Shown here piece by piece: positions 29,016-42,500 of a stretch of DNA of 64,000 bases. Each line of letters begins with the position of its first letter. The stretch's first letter is position 1. The stretch is from Candidatus Latescibacterota bacterium (lineage in GTDB: Bacteria > Latescibacterota > UBA2968), in the NCBI GenBank assembly GCA_965204745.1, contig OZ242010.1, positions 3,520,001 through 3,584,000 on the forward strand, given 5' to 3'. A program made the translations under genes and the position numbers. The notes under the pieces were generated by a model. The model was not told the origin of the DNA. It ran no database searches and was given only the letters and a program-made list of their open reading frames with translations.

Positions 29016-29219
29016 ATGCCCATCCCAATCATTGAACCACAAACCACCAACGAAAGACTGGCAAGGCTTGAAACAATGGTTGTTCAAATCAATGACCGCC
29101 TGACCAGACTTGAAGATCACATGCAAAAATCCTTTCGTTGGCTTGTCGGTATCCTCTTTACGATTCTGTTGACGATCTTGGGCGCGACAGTGACCATTTT
29201 GTTGAATTTGCCCAAGTAA
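29016..29219 (+). CDS. Small coiled-coil plus TM protein, copy 2
   Basis: Tandem paralog of 28748-28978 with a near-identical 3' half. Confidence 0.7.
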   Translation: MPIPIIEPQTTNERLARLETMVVQINDRLTRLEDHMQKSFRWLVGILFTILLTILGATVTILLNLPK

Positions 29220-29256
29220 TCCCAAACCACACAAAGCCTCTCGTTGGCACCATGAC

Positions 29257-29290
29257 AAAAGCCGATCCAGAAATGGGTCGGCTTTTTTTA
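29257..29290 (+). terminator. Intrinsic terminator
   Basis: AAAAGCCGATCCA-gaaa-TGGGTCGGCTTTTTTT. Confidence 0.8.
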
Positions 29291-29607
29291 TCTCAAGCGG
29301 ATAATGTACCGCCTGACATGACTGCCATCGAGTTTGCGTTGACACCACAGGCATTCCCCTATTTTTTAGCGGGGAACTCAAATCAGGGCAGAGCCGGGGT
29401 TGCCTCACCTCTCCCGTCTTACGTCTCACTGAAGGGGGTTGGGCAGGGTGGGAACTGACAACTGACAACTGACTACTGACAATGCGAATTAAGAGTAGAA
29501 AGCGAGTAAGAAGCAAGCCGCAACCCATCATCCAAAGACATGAACGAGTTTCTGTTGACATTTTGTTTTAGAGCGATGAGCGTGGCCGTCCTTTCCGCCT
29601 CCCACCC

Positions 29608-30156
29608 GTGTCTGAATCGCGGATTAAGCGGATTACCCCACACCGCCCAACCACCCGTGCGTTCCCGTCCCGTCCCTACCCCGCCATGTGCGAGCCTCAC
29701 CGCGCCGCCGCCCGTGCGTGCCCGTCCTTTCCGCCCTGCCGTGTCTGAATCGCGGATTAAACGGATTAGGGGATTACGCGGATTACCCCACACCGCCCAA
29801 CCGCCATAGCCCTATCCCCCCGGCCCCCGTTATTCGCTTCGCTCATTGTAGGCTACGCCTGTGCCTACGAGGAAAGGGGGAGCGCGTGGCTTTCTTGAAG
29901 GGTTGTATCCCTGGCTATTCTGATGGCTTTGGGCGAATGGATCGCGCCATGAAAATGCGACCTATCCCCCCGGCCCCCTTTCCTACGAGGAAAGGGGGAG
30001 CGCATGGCTTTCTTAAAGGGTTGTATCCCTGGCTACTTTGATGGCTTTGCGCGAATGGATAATGCCATAGAAACCCAAACTCCCCTCGCACAATCCCTCG
30101 CACAACCTCTCGCCATTCCCCCTTCCTCTTAGGAAGGGGGCCAGGGGGTAGGTCCC
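29608..30156. repeat. Composite repeat, inverted relative to 1608-2179
   Basis: Same unit order as the reverse complement of 1608-2179. Confidence 0.8.
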
Positions 30157-30197
30157 CCTCGCTTGACTGACCACCGATCCCATCGTCATTTTACCGC

Positions 30198-30227
30198 TTG
30201 ACAAACAATAGCGTGATTCCCTATATT
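30198..30227 (+). promoter_or_regulatory. Sigma70 promoter of the giant protein gene
   Basis: TTGACA-18 nt-TATATT. Confidence 0.6.
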
Positions 30228-30471
30228 TTTCCCGTTCACCATTGCGATTTTGAACGCGAAGAAAAAGTCGCGCCCGGTCTGTGCGACAACTTTTGCAAAG
30301 GAGGCTTCAGATGATTATCGCCATTTTCAGCCGCTGTTTGAACCTCATTTGGCACTATGTTTTTCCCGCCTGTCCCACCGCGAAAAGTGGCGTTCATATC
30401 GCCCATCCTCGTCTTGGAGTGCGGTTCTATTTTATTGCAAAACAGCCTGTTACGATGATCAGTACAGTGTA

Positions 30472-30490
30472 CCCCCCCCCCCCCCCCCCC
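30472..30490 (+). repeat. C19 homopolymer, candidate phase-variation tract
   Basis: 19 consecutive C, ending 16 nt before ATG 30507, inside an upstream ORF 30311-30505. Confidence 0.9.
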
Positions 30491-30506
30491 TCGGAGGGAG
30501 ACTAAA

Positions 30507-33500
30507 ATGGTGCTCTTTATTTTTCGTTTTCTGTCCCTTCCAACATGGATCGCCATGTTGGTCATGCCCTTGCTGGTCGCCCCTGCGACAGCGCAGACGA
30601 CGCCCTCGAATACCGATACGACCCTCAGCGCGCTGACCTTCACGCCGGGCACCCTGCTTTCCACATTCGCATCCGACAAAACCACCTACGCATTTGCCGT
30701 TCAATCCGGCGCGACAGAGATCACCGTGACCGCGACCCCAACCAATTCGGGGGCCTCTGTCACCATCACGCCGGCCGATGCCAGCGCGACCAGCGGCCAC
30801 CAAGTCGACGTGTCCTCCCCGCCGGTCAGCATTCGCATCGTGGTTTCCCCCGCTATGGGAACGACCACGCTGACCTATACGGTCTCGGCCGGCAATTTTA
30901 CCGACTACGACACCGATGGCGACAACCTCATTGAACTCGGTGCTGGGCAAACCGGGCTGGCGCAACTGCATGCCATGCGCTGGGACCTCAATGGCAATGG
31001 TTTCATAGACGCCAGTGCCACGACCAGCGATACGACCGCCTACAATACCGCCTTCTCCAACCGGCCGCCGGGGATGGGTTGCGAGACCACCTGTATCGGC
31101 TACGAACTGACAGCGAACCTAAACTTTGACGAGAACAGCGACAACGAAATTACCGCAACAGACGCCACCTACTGGAACAGCGGCGCAGGCTGGGCGCCCA
31201 TCGGCAGCAGTGCGACGAAATACACCGGCACCTTCCACGGCAACGACTATACCATCTCCAACCTGTTTATCGACCGCTCTGCCGCCAGCAAAACCGGGCT
31301 GTTCGGCTATGCCGAGGGCAACACGATTCGCAATTTGAGTCTGGTGGACGCCAATGTGACCGGCTATGCTGAAACCGCAGTCCTTGTTGGCGAAGGCAAC
31401 AATCTACAGCTCATGCACATCCGCGTCACCGGACGGGTCAGCGGGTCCGCACGAAGCGCCGGCTTGGTGGGCAGGCTGGCGCACGGCAACTCGACCATTA
31501 CCGCCTGTCGTTCCGAGGTGGACGTCACTGGGTCTAATATAAGCATCGGCGGCTTGGTGGGCTGGAGTAGCGGCACGATAATCGCTAGCTATGCTACCGG
31601 TGCAGTCAGCGGCTATTTTTACGTCGGCGGCCTGGTGGGCTTCCACGGCAACACCGGCAACCCAAAGGCCGTCATACGCGCCAGCTATGCCACCGGCGTA
31701 GTCAGCGGCGACACTGACACCGGTGGCCTGGTCGGTGCCAACTTCTATTCCAGCACGATAACCGGTAGCTATGCCATCGGCCCGGTCAGTGCTAATTCAC
31801 GGGTTGGTGGCTTGGTCGGTCTCAACAGTAATTCATCAATTACCCACAGCTACTACGATAGAACCACCACCAGACGTGGCGACACCGGACGCGGTGCTCC
31901 CCAGACCACCGCCGAGCTCCAAGGCCCCACGGGTTATACCACCGGTAGCATCTATGCCAACTGGAACCTGAACCTGGACGGGCAACCGGGCGGCGATGAT
32001 CCGTGGACCTTTGGCAAGACAGATCAGTATCCGGTGTTGAAGTATGCCGGCATGGACACCACCGCGCAGTATAACTTGCAACCGCCGGGCATTCCGACAA
32101 GTGTGACAGTAACGCAAAAAGCGGACACCTTGGACGTGCGTTGGCGTGCGGCGAGTTATGCGACGGGGTACAAGGTGCAGTGGAAAGCCAGCGATCAGAA
32201 CTACGCCGTCTCGCGTGAGGAGACCGTCACGGGGACGCGCTACAAGATCGCCAACTTGATCGGCGGGACGACCTACACAGTGCGTGTCATTGCCACCAAG
32301 ACCGGTACGCGCGATGGCATGCCCTCAGCAGAGCAGACCGGCGTTCCCGTCTTGCTGGGCAGTCCGACTGTGATGGTGGCGGCGAAGGTGGACACGCTGA
32401 CCGTGACTTGGAATGTGGTGAACGGGGCGACCGGGTATAAGGTGCAGTGGAAATCCGGGTCAGAGACTTATCCCGCCGCCGATGAGGAGTCCGCCACGCG
32501 CGGGCAAGCCACTATCGCTGGCGGGGGCACCACGATCCACAAAATTTCTGGGCTGACCGCAGGGACGACTTACACGATTCGCGTCATCGCCACGAATACC
32601 AGTATTAATGTAGCCGACAGTGCCCCCTCGGAGGAAGTCATGGTGACCTTGGCGACAACCAAACCCACCAATGTGCGCGTGACGCCGGGGCATCTCCAAC
32701 TCATTGTGCGTTGGACCGAGGCAACCGGCGCGACGGGATACAAGATACAGTGGAGGTCCGGACAACAGACCTACAACACATCTGATCGCCAGGAGACGGT
32801 CTCTGGAGGAAGCACCACGACCTACACGATAGAGAACCTGACTTTTGGCACGACCTACACGGTGCGCGTCACTGCTACCCTGGCAGGTGGGGCCGATAGC
32901 ACGCCCTCGGACGAGGTCATGGGCACGCCCCAAGGGATCGATTATGATGGCGATGGCGATGGCCTCATCGACATTGAGACGCTGGCACAACTGCATGCCA
33001 TCCGCTGGGATCTCAACGGCGATGGGGTCGTCGCCGATAATGATACCATGACCTACAACGCCGCCTTTCCCAACCGCGACACCACCAGCAATGTCCGAAT
33101 GGGTTGCCCTTCTGGGACCTGCACCGGCTACGAACTGCTCAACAACCTCGACTTTGACGAGAATGGCGACGGCGAAATCACCTCAGCAGACGCCACCTAC
33201 TGGGACAACGGCGCGGGTTGGCTACCCATCGGCACAGCCGCCGCCAGATACACCGGCGATTTCAAGGGCAACGGCTACACTATCGACAACCTGACCATCA
33301 ACCGACCCGCCGTCGTTGAAGTGGGATTATTCGGCAACGCCGACACCGCCTCCCGCATCGAGTCCGTCGGCGTAACCAACGCCAGTGTTGCGGGAGGCGA
33401 ATATGCCGGCGCTCTGGTCGGCGCCCTGCGCGGCGAAGTCGTCGCCTGCTACTCCACCGGCAACGTTTCGGCGACGACTAGGACCGCCGGTGGACTGGTC

Positions 33501-36500
33501 GGATGGACGCCCAACGCGATTACCTCAAGCTACTCCACCGCATCCGTCAGCGGCCCTGAGCACGTCGGCGGCCTGCTGGGAGCAAGCCAAGGCGGCACCG
33601 TAACGAACTCCTACTCCATCGGCACGGTTATCGGCACCGGCAGTTCTCCACTCGTCGGCGGGTTGATAGGCTCCGGCACGGGCGGCACCGCAAGCTACTG
33701 GGACACCCAAACCAGCGGCTGTACATCCGGCGGCAGCAACGGTTGCACAACCAGCGCCGGCGGTGGCGGCGTTACCGGCCAGACGACCAGCGCGCTCCAA
33801 TCCCCCACCGACTACACCCTCATCTTCTCCACTTGGAATGCCAACCTCGACGGACAAGCCGGCGACGATGATCCGTGGACCTTTGGCGCGGCGGATCAGT
33901 ATCCCGTGTTGAAATATGCCGGCATGGACACCACCGTGCAGTATAACTTGCAACCGCCGGGCATACCGACCAGTGTGACCGTGACGCCAAAAGCGGACAC
34001 CTTGGACGTGCGTTGGACTGCGGCGAGTTATGCGACGGGGTACAAGGTGCAGTGGAAATCCGGCGATCAGAGCTACGCCGCCTCACGTCAGGGGACCGTC
34101 ACGGGGACGCGCTACAAGATCTCCAACTTGATCTCCGGGACGTACACAGTGCGTGTCATTGCCACCAAGACCGGTGCGCCCGATGGCATGCCCTCGGCAG
34201 AGCAGACCAGCGAACCCCTGCTGGTCAGTCCGACTGTGATGGTGGCGGCGAAGGTGGACACGCTGACCGTGACTTGGAACGCCGTGGACGATGCCACCGG
34301 GTATAAGGTGCAGTGGAAATCCGGGTCAGAGACTTATCCCGCCGCCGATGAGCAGTCCGCCACGCGCGGGCAAGCCACCATCGCTGGCGGGGGCACCACG
34401 ATCCACAAAATTTCTGGGCTGACCACAGGGACGACCTACACGATTCGCGTCATCGCCACGAGTACCAATAGCAATGTAGCCGACAGTGCCCCCTCGGAGG
34501 AAGTCATGGGAACCTTGGCGACAACCAGGCCCACCAATGTGCGCGTGACGCCGGGGCCGGTCCAACTCATTGTGACTTGGACCGAGGCAACCGGCGCGAC
34601 GGGATACAAGATACAGTGGAAGTCCGGGCAACAGGCCTACAACACCTCTTCTCGCCAGGAGACGGTCTCTGGAGGCAGCACCACGACCTACACGATAGAG
34701 AACCTGACTTTTGGCACGACCTACACGGTGCGCGTCACTGCTACCCTGTCAGGTGGGGCCGATAGCACGCCCTCGGACGAGGTCATGGGCACGCCCCAAG
34801 GGATCAATTACGACAGCGATGGCGATGGCCTCATCGACATTAAGACGCTGGCGCAACTGCATGCCATCCGCTGGGATCTCAACGGCGATGGGGTCGTCGC
34901 CGATAATGATACCATGAACTACAACGCCGCCTTTCCCGGCCGCGACATCACCAGCAATGGCCGGATGGGTTGCCCTTCCGGAACCTGTACCGGCTACGAA
35001 CTGCTCAACAACCTCGACTTTGACGAGAATGGCGACGACCAAATCACCTCAGCAGACGCCACCTACTGGGACAACGGCGCGGGTTGGCTACCCATCGGCA
35101 CAGACGCCGCCAGATACACCGGCGATTTCAAGGGCAACGGCTACACTATCGACAACCTGACCATCAACCGACCCTCCGTCGTTGAAGTGGGATTATTCGG
35201 CAACGCCGACACCGCCTCCCGCATCGAGTCCGTCGGCGTAACCAACGCCAGTGTTGCGGGAGGCGAATATGCCGGCGCTCTGGTCGGCGCCCTGCGCGGC
35301 ACAGTCGTCGCCTGCTACTCCACCGGCAACGTTTCGGCGACGACTAGGACCGCCGGCGGGCTGGTCGGATGGACGCCCAACGCGATTACCTCAAGCTACT
35401 CCACCGCATCAGTCAGCGGCCCTGAGCACGTCGGCGGACTGCTGGGAGCAAGCCAAGGCGGCACCGTAACGAACTCCTACTCCACCGGCGTGGTTACTCG
35501 CTCCAGCGGAACGCTAACAACCATCGGCGGGTTGATAGGCTCCGGCACGGGCGGCACCGCAAGCTACTGGGACACCCAAACCAGCGGCTGTACATCCGGC
35601 GGCAGCAACGGTTGCACAACCAGCGCCGGCGGTGGCGGCGTTACCGGCCAGACGACCAGCGCGCTCCAATCCCCTACCGGCTACACCCTCATCTTCTCCA
35701 CTTGGAACGCCAACCTCGACGGACAAGCCGGCGACGATGATCCGTGGACCTTTGGCGCGGCGGATCAGTATCCCGTGTTGAAATATGCCGGCATGGACAC
35801 CACCGTGCAGTATAACTTGCAACCGCCGGGCATTCCGACAAGTGTGACAGTAACGCCAAAAGCGGACACCTTGGACGTGCGTTGGACCGCGGCGAGTTAT
35901 GCGACGGGGTACAAGGTGCAGTGGAAAGCCGGCGCGCAGAGCTACGCCGCCTCACGTCAGGGGATCGTCACAGGGACGCGCTACAAGATCCCCAACTTGC
36001 TCGCCGAGACGACCTACACAGTGCGTGTCATTGCCACCAAGACCGGTGCGCCCGATGGCATGCCCTCGGCAGAGCAGACCGGCGTTCCCGCCTTGCTGGG
36101 CAGTCCGGCTGTGGTGGTGGCGGCGAAGGTGGACACGCTGACCGTGACTTGGAATGTGGTGAACGGGGCGACCGGCTACAAAGTGCAGTGGAAATCCGGG
36201 GCAGCGACTTATCCCACCTCCGATCTGGCGTTGGCCACGCACGGGCAAGCCACAATCGCTGGCGGGAGCACCACGATCCACAAAATTTCTGGGCTGACCG
36301 CAGGGACGACTTACACGATTCGCGTCATCGCCACGAGTACCAATATCAATGTAGCCGACAGTGCCCCCTCGGAGGAAGTCATGGGGACCTTGGCGACCAC
36401 CAGGCCCACCAATGTGCGCGTGACGCCGGGGCCGGGCCAACTCATTGTGGCTTGGACCGAGGCAACCGGCGCGACGGGCTACAAGGTGCAGTGGAAGTCC

Positions 36501-39500
36501 GGGCAACAGGCATACAACACATCTGATCGCCAGGCGACGGTCTCTGGAGGAAGCACCACGACCTATACGATAGAGAACCTGACTTTTGGCACGACCTACA
36601 CGGTGCGCGTCACTGCTACCCTGGCAGGTGGGGCCGATAGCACGCCCTCGGACGAGGTCATGGGCACGCCCCAAAGGATCAATTACGACAGGGATGGCGA
36701 TGGCCTCATCGACATTAAGACGCTGGCACAACTGCATGCCATCCGCTGGGATCTCAACGGCGATGGGGTCGTCGCCGATAATGATACCATGAACTACAAC
36801 GCCGCCTTTCCCGACCGCGACACCACCAGCAATGTCCGGATGGGTTGCCCTTCCGGAACCTGCACCGGCTACGAACTGCTCAACAACCTCGACTTTGACG
36901 AGAATGGCGACGGCGAAATCACCTCAGCAGACGCCACCTACTGGAATGCCAACGCGGGTTGGCAACCCCTCGGGACTTACACCGGTACGCTCAAGGGCAA
37001 TAACAAGACGATCTCCAACCTGTATATCAACCGTGGCGGTCAGAATGATGTTGGGCTGTTCCGGGATATCACGGGCACTGTTTCCGGTCTTGGGCTCCGC
37101 AATGTGGATGTCAGAGGCAACCTCGCCGTGGGAGGACTCACCGGCAATCAGCGCGGGGGTGCCATCACGGGTTGTTATGTCACCGGTCGCGTTCGGGGGT
37201 CTGGCAGTTACGGCTTGGGCGGTCTGGTGGGGCATTCTCATACCGGTGCCAACCGCCGCATCAGTGCCAGCTATTCTGTTGCGGCCGTGACGGCCTTAGG
37301 GAGTGGGGGCAATTTCTGGGTCGGTGGTCTGGTGGGGTGGCAGAACGGCGGGACGATTATCGCGTCCTATGCGACGGGTGCGGTCACGGTTACTGGGAGC
37401 GGCACGAAAGGCGGGTTGGTGGGGCGCCTCGAGAGCAGCGGTGAAGTGACGGCCAGCTATGCGACGGGTCAGGTCACCGGTGACGGCACGAAAGGCGGGT
37501 TGGTGGGTAGCACATCTGGCACAGTGACCAATAGCTACTGGGACAGTGACCAGAGCGGCATTGCCGGGGGCAAGAGCACCAGCGATCTGCAAAGCCCGAG
37601 CACCTACGGTGCCACCAACAGCGACACCTACTACAACTGGAACCTAAATGTGGACAGCGATACCAACACGGGCGACGCAGTGGGCAGAGACGATCCGTGG
37701 ACCTTTGGCGCGGCGGATCAGTATCCGGTCTTGAAATATGCCGGCATGGACACCGCCGTGCAGTATAACTTGCAACCGCCGGGCATTCCGACAAGTGTGA
37801 CCGTGACGCCAAAAGCGGACACCTTGGACGTGCGTTGGCGTGCGGCGAGTAATGCGACGGGGTACAAGGTGCAGTGGAAAGCCGGCGATCAGAACTACGC
37901 CGCCTCGCGTGAGGAGACCGTCACGGGGACGCGCTACAAGATCGCCAACTTGATCGCCGGGACGTACACAGTGCGTGTCATTGCCACCAAGACCGGTGCG
38001 CCCGATAGTCGGCCCTCGGCCGAGCAGACCGGCGTTCCCGCCTTGCTGGGCAGTCCGACTGTGATGGTGGCGGCGAAGGCGGACACGCTGACCGTGACTT
38101 GGAATGCAGTGTCCAACGCAACCGGGTATAAGGTGCAGTGGAAATCCGGGTCAGCGACTTATCCCAACGCCGATGAGGAGTCCGCCACGCACGGGCAAGC
38201 CACTATCGCTGGCGGGGGCACCACGATCCACAAAATTTCTGGGCTGACCGCAGGGATGACCTACACGATTCGCGTCATCGCCACGAGTACCAATGTCAAT
38301 ATACCCGACAGTGACCCTTCGGAGGAAGTCATGGTGACTGCGGCGACAAACAAGCCCACCAATGTGCGCGTGACGCCGGGGTCGGGCCAACTCATTGTGC
38401 GTTGGACCGAGGCAACCGGTGCGACGGGATACAAGGTGCAGTGGAAGTCCGGTGGACAAAGCTACAACACATCTGATCGCCAGACGACGGTCTCTGGGAT
38501 GAGCACCACGACCTACACGATAGAGAACCTGACTTTTGGCACGACCTACACGGTGCGCGTCATTGCTACCCTGGCAGGTGGGACCGATAGCACGCCCTCG
38601 GACGAGGTCACGGGCACCATAACGGATATCAGTTACGATAGCGATGGCGATGGCCTCATCGACATTGAGACACTGGCACAACTGCATGCCATCCGCTGGG
38701 ATCTCAACGGCGATGGGATCGTCGCCGATACTGATACCATGAACTACAACGCCGCCTTTCCCGGCCGCGACATCACCAGCAATGGCCGGATGGGTTGCCC
38801 TTCCGGGACATGCATAGGCTACGAACTGCTCAACAACCTCGACTTCGACACCGACGGGAGCGGGAGCGTAACCTCTGCCGACACCTACCCCAACTGGTCG
38901 CCCATCGGAGGCACCTACTCAACCACGTTCAAGGGCAATAACAAGACCATCTCCAACCTGCACATCAACCGTGGCGGTCAGAATGATGTTGGGCTGTTCT
39001 CCCGTGTCAGCGGCAACATTTCCGGTCTGGGGCTGAAAAATGTCAATGTAACAGGCCAAAGACGGGTGGGTGGGTTGGTCGGTAATCAGGTGGGTGGTCG
39101 CATCCTGGGCTGTTTTGTCACGGGTCGCGTTGAGGGTACTCATCACGAGGTGGGCGGTTTAGTGGGTTATTCAACCGGCAATAATACCGTCATCGCGGCC
39201 AGCTATGCCAATGCTGTAGTCTCCGGAGGGCATGTTCGTGTAGCGGTCGGCGGTTTGGTGGGCAACCTAAATGCTACGGTGATAGCGTCCTACGCCATCG
39301 GGCCGGTGAGTGGATTCCGTAGGGTAGGCGGTTTGGTGGGGAGGTTGGGCGTTTCTCCTAGTCCGGTTAGTACCAGCTATGCCACGGGGACAGTCACTGG
39401 GCAACGACATGACTCCAGCCACCTAGGCGGATTGATCGGGTCTGCACAATCCGGAGTGTCCCATAGTTACTGGGATAGGGAAAGTAGCGGTATCTCATCC

Positions 39501-42500
39501 AGTTCTGGCGGCACGAGCCAGACCACCAGCGCGTTGCGGTCGGAAACGGATTACAACGGCATCTACGCCAACTGGAATGTGGATGTCGATGGCAGGCCTG
39601 GCAATGACGCTCCGTGGACCTTTGGCGCGGCGGATCAGTATCCCGTGTTGAAATATGCCGGCATGGACACCACCGCGCAATTTGCAATGCAACCGCCGGG
39701 CATTCCGACAAATGTGACCGTGACGCCCAAAGCGGACACCTTGGACGTGCGTTGGCGTGCGCCGAGTAATGCGACGGGGTACAAGGTGCAGTGGAAATCC
39801 GGCGCGCAGAACTACGATGCCTCGCGTGAGGAGACCGTCACGGGGACGCGCTACAAGATCGCCAACTTGCTCACCGGGACGACTTACACAGTGCGTGTCA
39901 TTGCCACCAAGACCGGTGTCCGCGATGGCCGGCCCTCGGCCGAGCAGACCGGCGTTCCCCTGCTGGGTAGCCCGACGGGTGTGGAGGTGAATGCGAAGGT
40001 GGACACGCTGACCGTGACTTGGAATGCGGTGAACGGGGTGACCGGCTACAAAGTGCAGTGGAAATCCGGGTCAGAGACTTATCCCGCCGCCGATGAGGAG
40101 TCCGCCACGCACGGGCAAGCCACAATCACTGACGGGGGCACCACGACCTACGATATTTCTGGGCTGACCGCAGGGACGACCTACACGATTCGCGTCATCG
40201 CCACGCGTACCAATGTAGCCGACAGTGCCCCCTCGGAGGAAGTGACCGGCGTTCCTCTGCTGGGCAGTCCGACTGTGATGGTGGCGGCGAAGGTGGACAC
40301 GCTGACCGTGACTTGGAATGCGGTGTCCAACGCAACCGGGTATAAGGTGCAGTGGAAATCCGGGGCAGCGACTTATCCCACCTCCGATCTGGCGTTGGCC
40401 ACGCACGGGCAAGCCACTATCGCTGGCGGGAGCACCACGATCCACAAAATTTCTGGGCTGACCACAGGGACGACCTACACGATTCGCGTCATCGCCACGC
40501 GTACCAATGTAGCCGACAGTGCCCCTTCGGACGCAGTCATGGTGACCTTGGCGACCACCAGGCCCACCAATGTGCGCGTGACGCCGGGGCCGGCCCAACT
40601 CATTGTGGCTTGGACCGAGGCAACCGGCGCGACGGGCTACAAGATACAGTGGAAGTCCGGTGGACAAAGCTACAACACATCTGATCGCCAGACGACGGTC
40701 TCTGGGATGAGCACCACGACCTACACGATAGAGAACCTGACTTTTGGCGCGACCTACACGGTGCGCGTCACTGCTACCCTGGCAGGTGGGACCGATAGCA
40801 CGCCCTCGGACGAAGTCATGGGCACGCCCTACGCGATCAATTACGACAGCGATGGCGATGGCCTCATCGACATTAAGACGCTGGCGCAACTGCATGCCAT
40901 CCGCTGGGATCTCAACGGCGATGGGGTCGTCGCCGATAATGATACCATGAACTACAACGCCGCCTTTCCCGACCGCGACACCACCAGCAATGTCCGGATG
41001 GGTTGCCCTTCCGGAACCTGTACCGGCTACGAACTGCTCAACAACCTTGACTTTGACGAGAATGGCGACGGCGAAATCACTTCAGCAGACGCCACCTACT
41101 GGAATGGCAGCACGGGTTGGCAACCCATCGGGACTTACACCGGTACGCTCAAGGGCAACAACAAGACCATCTCCAACCTGTACATCAACCGTGGCGGTCA
41201 GAATGATGTTGGGCTGTTCCGGGATCTCACGGGCACTGTTTCCGGTCTTGGGCTCCGCAATGTGGATGTCAGAGGCAACCTCGCCGTGGGAGGACTCACC
41301 GGCAATCAGAGCGGGGGTGCCATCACGGGTTGTTATGTCACCGGTCGCGTTCGGGGGTCTGGCAGTTACGGCTTGGGCGGTCTGGTGGGGCATTCTCATA
41401 CCGGTGCCAACCGCCGCATCAGTGCCAGCTATTCCGATGCGGATGTAACAGCCTTAGGGAGTGGGGCCAATTTCTGGGTCGGTGGTCTGGTGGGGTGGCA
41501 GAACGGCGGGACGATTATCGCGTCCTATGCGACGGGCGCGGTCACGGTTACTGGGAACGGCACGAAAGGCGGGTTGGTGGGGCGCCTCGAGAGCAGCGGT
41601 GAAGTGACGGCCAGCTATGCGACGGGTCAGGTCACTGGTGACGGCACGAAAGGCGGGTTGGTGGGCAGCACGGCTGGCACAGTGACCAATAGCTACTGGG
41701 ACAGCGACCGGAGCGGCATTGCCGGGGGCAAGAGCACCAGCGATCTCCAGAGCCAGACCACCTACGGTGCCACCAATAGCGACACCTACTACAACTGGAA
41801 CCTAAATGTGGACAGCGATACCAACACGGGCGACGCAGTGGGCAACGATGATCCGTGGACCTTTGGCGCGGCGGATCAGTATCCCGTGTTGAAATATGCC
41901 GGCATGGATACCACCGCGCAGTATAACTTGCAACCGCCGGGCAGGCCGACCAGTGTGACCGTGACGGTGCAAATGGACACTTTGGATGTGCGTTGGCGCG
42001 CGGCGAGTTATGCGACGGGGTACAAGGTACAGTGGAAATCCGGCGCGCAGAACTACGACGCCTCGCGTGAGGAGACCGTCACGGGGACGCGCTACAAGAT
42101 CCCCAACTTGATCGGCGGGACGACCTACACAGTGCGTGTTATTGCCACCAAGACCGGTGCGCCCGATGGCCGGCCCTCGGCCGAGCAGACCGGCGTTCCC
42201 CTGCTGGGTAGCCCGACGGGTGTGGAGGTGAATGCGAAGGTGGACACGCTGACCGTGACCTGGAATGCGGTGAACGGGGCGACCGGCTACAAAGTGCAGT
42301 GGAAATCCGGGGCACAGACTTATCCCGCCGCCGATGAGGAGTCCGCCACGCACGGGCAAGCCACAATCACTGACGGGGGCACCACGACCTACAAAATTTC
42401 TGGGCTGACCACAGGGACGACCTACGCGATTCGCGTCATCGCCACGCGTACCAATGTAGCCGACAGTGCCCCTTCGGAGGAAGTGATCACCATTCTCATG

